A DNA stretch of 64,000 nt from Candidatus Helarchaeota archaeon (GTDB taxonomy: Archaea; Asgardarchaeota; Lokiarchaeia; Helarchaeales; RDOG01). Below are positions 59,949-64,000 of this stretch, in pieces. Under the pieces are notes generated by a model, which was given only the letters and a program-made list of their open reading frames with translations, was not told the DNA's origin and ran no database searches. A program made the position numbers and the translations under genes. Within the stretch, counting starts at the first letter, position 1. Each line of letters opens with the position of its first letter. Location: NCBI GenBank assembly GCA_019058315.1, contig JAHPZH010000001.1, forward strand, positions 375,536-439,535. Reading direction: 5' to 3'.

Positions 59949-62900
59949 ATGAAAAGACGGAATTTTATGCTCTTTTTAGTTTTATTAGTATCAATTTTAT
60001 TTATCAGTACACCATTCAATTCAATAATTTCAGAAAATAATTTTAAATCACCCATATGGTTTAATAATCCAAAAAATTCGGAAAAGGCACAAAAACCTCC
60101 AGAAATTGAACCTATAACAGATAATAAAGGTTTATTGGAATCCAAAGGTAATCAAGAATCAGGTGACGTACCAGATCAACCAAATGAGTTTACAGGACAA
60201 AATGCTACAAATGCAATAATTGAATTTAATAATTCTTTTTCAAGCTACCAGACTGATCCTTATGCATTATTTACTGATCTTGGAGATATTAATATTCCAA
60301 CAAATGGATTTAATATCACATATTCTAATCTGACATTTTTCAATATAATAACTCAAGGATATTACCAAGATGTAGAAACTGAATCAGGAGCTGGAGGGGC
60401 TCTAGGTGGAGGACAATTGCCATATATAAATCCCGCAAACGGGACAATAACCGGCGATCCTTACGTGATGTCTCTCGAGATAGAACATGGATTTATTTCA
60501 TATATTGCTGGTTTAGAACTAAACCTTAGATGCCCTAATATTGGGGCCCTAATTTTTTGTATTGTTCTAAATTCAACATTTAATCCTTTATCTCTTCAGA
60601 TAGAACCTCATTCACTGGCCGAAGGAGCGTTTTTTGGTTACTACTCTGGAATAGGTTGGCATTGGGTGGTTTTTAGTGGCTCTGGATTTTTAAATACTTA
60701 TGATACTTTTAATAATACTTTCTTCATTATGCCTGGAGTCGTAGATGAAACTCATACTACTAAAGTATATTGGGACTATGTTTACGACTCAGCAGTTACG
60801 GATGGAGATGGAGATGATGAAGGTTTAGCTTATCAGTATAATCTAGGATTGTGGAACCTTCTTCCTATCGATTTCTGTGTGAGAAAAGTTAATATCACTG
60901 GATGTGTACCTCCACCTGAACAAATAGATATGCGAATAAATGGAACACCGTTAACTAATGGTCCTATATTATATGGTAATGTTACAGAAGATATAGAAAT
61001 CTTTGCATTTTCGACCAATTATTTCAATAATACATTTTTAAATGGTGCATCTGGAGAGATTTTTTATGATATAACAACTAATTGGTCTTCTTATGGTAGA
61101 TCTTCCTACATAGTTTTTATGTTAAATGCGACTGGTGGATTTGAAAATCAAACTCACGCTATCACAAGATGTCATGCCACTGCAGGAAATCCGATCGTTA
61201 ATTGGAATGCCACTTTACAGGGAACATACTTCCCTAAAGGTGCTTATGATAAAAAGATTAATGTAACAATCCCGCAATCATGGAATGTTAGTGAGGTTTA
61301 TGAAAATAGTACTAGTATAAATTCTACAATTATTACTAAAGCCCCCTATAAATTTGTAAATATCAACGCAACTGCAAATGGTACTTGGAACATTATATGT
61401 AATGGAACTAATTTTGCGGGAGATGTTCATGTATATAATAACACACCACCTTTCTTAGAGGCTTATAGTTATTTTCTAAATGATACTATAAAAGTAAATG
61501 GGTCAATCTATACTAATTCACCTGTCAAAGCAGAATTAACTGTTTTTAATCCTAATAATCACACGGTACATACTGATCAAGCAGATTTAATTAATGAGGT
61601 TGCAAGTTTTACCCCCTGGTGGATATTTGACAACTCAACCAATAATGGTACTCATCTTCTTAGGGTAGTATGGTTTAATGGAACTGAAGTTGGAATTAAT
61701 ATAGCAAATATTACTTGTATTAATGAACCTACAAATTTAACAGTGACAAATGGACCAGATCCTGAAATAGTTATTCAAGGTGACATAGTTACTGCTCGGA
61801 TATTTTATAACGATACATATGATGATAGAGGAATTTCTGGAGCGATTATTAAAAGTAACTGGAGTTATTCACCTTTAAATCCGATTGATTGGTTAAATGG
61901 TTCATATAATATAACATTCATAACCGGATTTGCTCCTAAAGGCAATTATACAATCATAATTAATACCACAAAAAACGGTTATGACACTGCTACAACTATA
62001 ATTAAATTTAATGTGACTTTATTGGTAGTTTTAGAACCTACCGAACTGAAAATTGTGAGGAGTATTCCATTCACTCTTGAAGATATGTATGTCAATGATA
62101 CAGGCAAATATGCAATAGTAAATTATACTTTTCTAGTAAATGGAAGTGGTATTAAAGGTGCAGATATTATGACCGACCCGGATTGGACGGAACCATATTT
62201 TCAATATGAAGACTTATCATTGGGGAACACCTCACTAAAGGGTCTATATAAAATTTGGCTCGATACTACAGGTACTCATGCAAATGAATTTCATAATATT
62301 AGATTTTTTGCAACAAAACCTGGATTTGAACCAAGTGAAGTTATTTCTTCATTATTTCAAATTCACCCAATCCCAACTGATATTGATGTTACGGGATATG
62401 AAAATATTACAAAATTTGAAGGTGAAATAGTGGACTTAGCAGCTTGTTATAAGGATAATTATCATGCTGGAAAGCCTGCTATAATAAATGCGAATGTAAA
62501 TTGGACGATTAATACTTCAACTCCTGAAAGTGGGGATATGGAATTGGTTATTTTAATATATCAAGGAACGATTAATTTACCCGAACTCGAGGTGCTTCCA
62601 GGAGTCTATAATGTAACTATCAAAGCAGAAGCTCCAGATTTTAAACCATATTCAAAAAATATTACTCTTAATGTATTGTCAAAGTGGAGTTCGCTTATTA
62701 TAATCACTAATTATTCCTCATACTCTCAAACCGAAATTAGAGTGGGTAAAGATGTCACAATAGAAGCAGAAATTGAATTCGGTAACACCTCAATCGAACG
62801 TGAAGGGCGAAAATTGAATTATGAAATAGAATATTCCAATGGGTTTCATATTGAAGATACTAGGAATACTAATGAAAATGGAACAACATTTTTCTTAATA

Positions 62901-64000
62901 AATCCAATTCCAAATATTAGATGGATAAATGTAACCGTTTCTTATGATGGAACTCCACAAATCAACGCAACATCCTCTAATCTACTTATAATTGTTTTAG
63001 GGAAATTTGAGACTAATCTAACTATAAATGATTTGGGAATGGCATCCTACTTTATTAGCAGTGAAGAGTTTTCTATTAATGCAACGTTAGAATATAATAA
63101 ATCTAATATATGGACTCCTATGCGGGGTGCAACTATTGAATTTATCATAGATTATAAAGATTATCAAGATGAAAACTTCATAACCACAACAAATGATGAC
63201 GGTATAGCTATTCTCGAGCACAATCCTCACGAAGGAGCATCCTCAATCATAATTAGAGCAAAATATCTTGGTAATATTTCCTTTTTCAGTACCAACGATA
63301 ATACAACTTCCTTCAAGATTACCAAATATAATGTCACTCTTCAAATCTTCGATATAAATCCAATCGAATTAATGATAGGCAATCCAATGATTTTATCATG
63401 TAAATTAAAATATTCAGAGACTGGAATTCCAATCTCAAATGCAACAGTTACATTTTTTGTGTATCTGGGTGATTCAAATCTAAGAATATTTGAGCAAAGT
63501 GCAGTTACAGATAAAGATGGAGTGGCTTTCACTGCATTAATATTACTTCAACCATTCGAAGCTCTTCCTCTTATTACAGTTGGAGTAGAATATGAAGGAG
63601 ATGAAAGTACGTTTAGTTCTACTACCACGTCTCCACTACCTACAATTCCAATGACTACTGCGAAATATTTCACTAATTATATAAATGAGAACTGGTGGTG
63701 GATGGCAATTATTATTGGAGCAGTTATTGCCATTTCTCTCGCATATAGATATGGAGTGAAATTGCCCCGTCGCCGTCGTGAAATAGCATTACAAAAGAAG
63801 ATTGCTAATAAAGTCAAGGATGCGCAAAATCTTAAACATTGCATTATCCTCGAGAAAAATTCAGGAGCGTCAATCTTTGATCAAGGGTTTGGGGATATAG
63901 ATTTGGACTCAGATCTAATTTCTGGCTTTTTAACAGCGATTTCCGCATTTCAGACCGAGATAGCTATTAAAGGGAAGAAAAAAGATGAAGCTACAGGCGG
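59949..64000 (+). CDS. Large single-pass protein (more than 1350 aa): signal peptide, beta-rich sequon-rich ectodomain, TM, cytoplasmic longin-like domain; truncated by the window end
   Basis: Not in the ORF track. ATG 59949 (MKRRNFMLFLVLLVSILF); same frame at the window end; WWWMAIIIGAVIAISLAY-RRRR; then IILEKNSGASIF...DSDLISGFLTAISAFQTE. Confidence 0.88.
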   Translation, partial: MKRRNFMLFLVLLVSILFISTPFNSIISENNFKSPIWFNNPKNSEKAQKPPEIEPITDNKGLLESKGNQESGDVPDQPNEFTGQNATNAIIEFNNSFSSYQTDPYALFTDLGDINIPTNGFNITYSNLTFFNIITQGYYQDVETESGAGGALGGGQLPYINPANGTITGDPYVMSLEIEHGFISYIAGLELNLRCPNIGALIFCIVLNSTFNPLSLQIEPHSLAEGAFFGYYSGIGWHWVVFSGSGFLNTYDTFNNTFFIMPGVVDETHTTKVYWDYVYDSAVTDGDGDDEGLAYQYNLGLWNLLPIDFCVRKVNITGCVPPPEQIDMRINGTPLTNGPILYGNVTEDIEIFAFSTNYFNNTFLNGASGEIFYDITTNWSSYGRSSYIVFMLNATGGFENQTHAITRCHATAGNPIVNWNATLQGTYFPKGAYDKKINVTIPQSWNVSEVYENSTSINSTIITKAPYKFVNINATANGTWNIICNGTNFAGDVHVYNNTPPFLEAYSYFLNDTIKVNGSIYTNSPVKAELTVFNPNNHTVHTDQADLINEVASFTPWWIFDNSTNNGTHLLRVVWFNGTEVGINIANITCINEPTNLTVTNGPDPEIVIQGDIVTARIFYNDTYDDRGISGAIIKSNWSYSPLNPIDWLNGSYNITFITGFAPKGNYTIIINTTKNGYDTATTIIKFNVTLLVVLEPTELKIVRSIPFTLEDMYVNDTGKYAIVNYTFLVNGSGIKGADIMTDPDWTEPYFQYEDLSLGNTSLKGLYKIWLDTTGTHANEFHNIRFFATKPGFEPSEVISSLFQIHPIPTDIDVTGYENITKFEGEIVDLAACYKDNYHAGKPAIINANVNWTINTSTPESGDMELVILIYQGTINLPELEVLPGVYNVTIKAEAPDFKPYSKNITLNVLSKWSSLIIITNYSSYSQTEIRVGKDVTIEAEIEFGNTSIEREGRKLNYEIEYSNGFHIEDTRNTNENGTTFFLINPIPNIRWINVTVSYDGTPQINATSSNLLIIVLGKFETNLTINDLGMASYFISSEEFSINATLEYNKSNIWTPMRGATIEFIIDYKDYQDENFITTTNDDGIAILEHNPHEGASSIIIRAKYLGNISFFSTNDNTTSFKITKYNVTLQIFDINPIELMIGNPMILSCKLKYSETGIPISNATVTFFVYLGDSNLRIFEQSAVTDKDGVAFTALILLQPFEALPLITVGVEYEGDESTFSSTTTSPLPTIPMTTAKYFTNYINENWWWMAIIIGAVIAISLAYRYGVKLPRRRREIALQKKIANKVKDAQNLKHCIILEKNSGASIFDQGFGDIDLDSDLISGFLTAISAFQTEIAIKGKKKDEATG

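Noticed and set aside
59918-63532. Minus-strand ORFs 59918, 60833 and 63341
   Set aside because: Antisense to the long plus-strand gene starting at 59949
1-64000. tRNA, rRNA, IS elements, integrases
   Set aside because: No GC-rich structured intergenic segments and no transposase or recombinase motifs seen; a covariance-model scan would be needed to exclude small RNAs

Overview
A 64 kb AT-rich (roughly 30% GC by eye), gene-dense chromosomal segment that reads as an Asgard archaeon (Lokiarchaeia/Helarchaeales-like). The lineage is inferred from a Rab-like small GTPase, a RING-like zinc finger, a longin-like cytoplasmic tail, FwdA, an archaeal thiolase/DUF35 pair and TATA/BRE-type promoters. 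I found no rRNA, tRNA, CRISPR array or transposase. About a third of the window encodes large membrane-anchored surface or receptor-like proteins: LVIVD+Ca-binding repeats, FG-GAP+96-aa repeats, two 8-repeat propellers, a beta-helix protein, NIDO-TM-TPR, and beta-rich ectodomain-TM-longin. Two of these run off the window ends and are missing from the ORF track. The rest is anaerobic metabolism (acyl-CoA dehydrogenase/EtfBA with a ferredoxin domain, E2+LipA, PfkB/ADH/PGI-like cluster, thiolase+DUF35, fwdA, sulfatase, agmatinase) plus small regulatory modules. The best leads for something undescribed are: (i) a shared bipartite membrane-anchor motif on otherwise unrelated surface proteins; (ii) single-pass receptor-like proteins with TPR or longin-like tails; (iii) a tandem pair of ribbon-helix-helix paralogues with a perfect 16-bp inverted repeat upstream; (iv) a wHTH+MinD/ParA pair; (v) a beta-flower-LRR fusion; (vi) an NTF2-like/degenerate-PEBP module with a gene remnant. 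All family assignments come from recognising motifs by eye, not from database searches.
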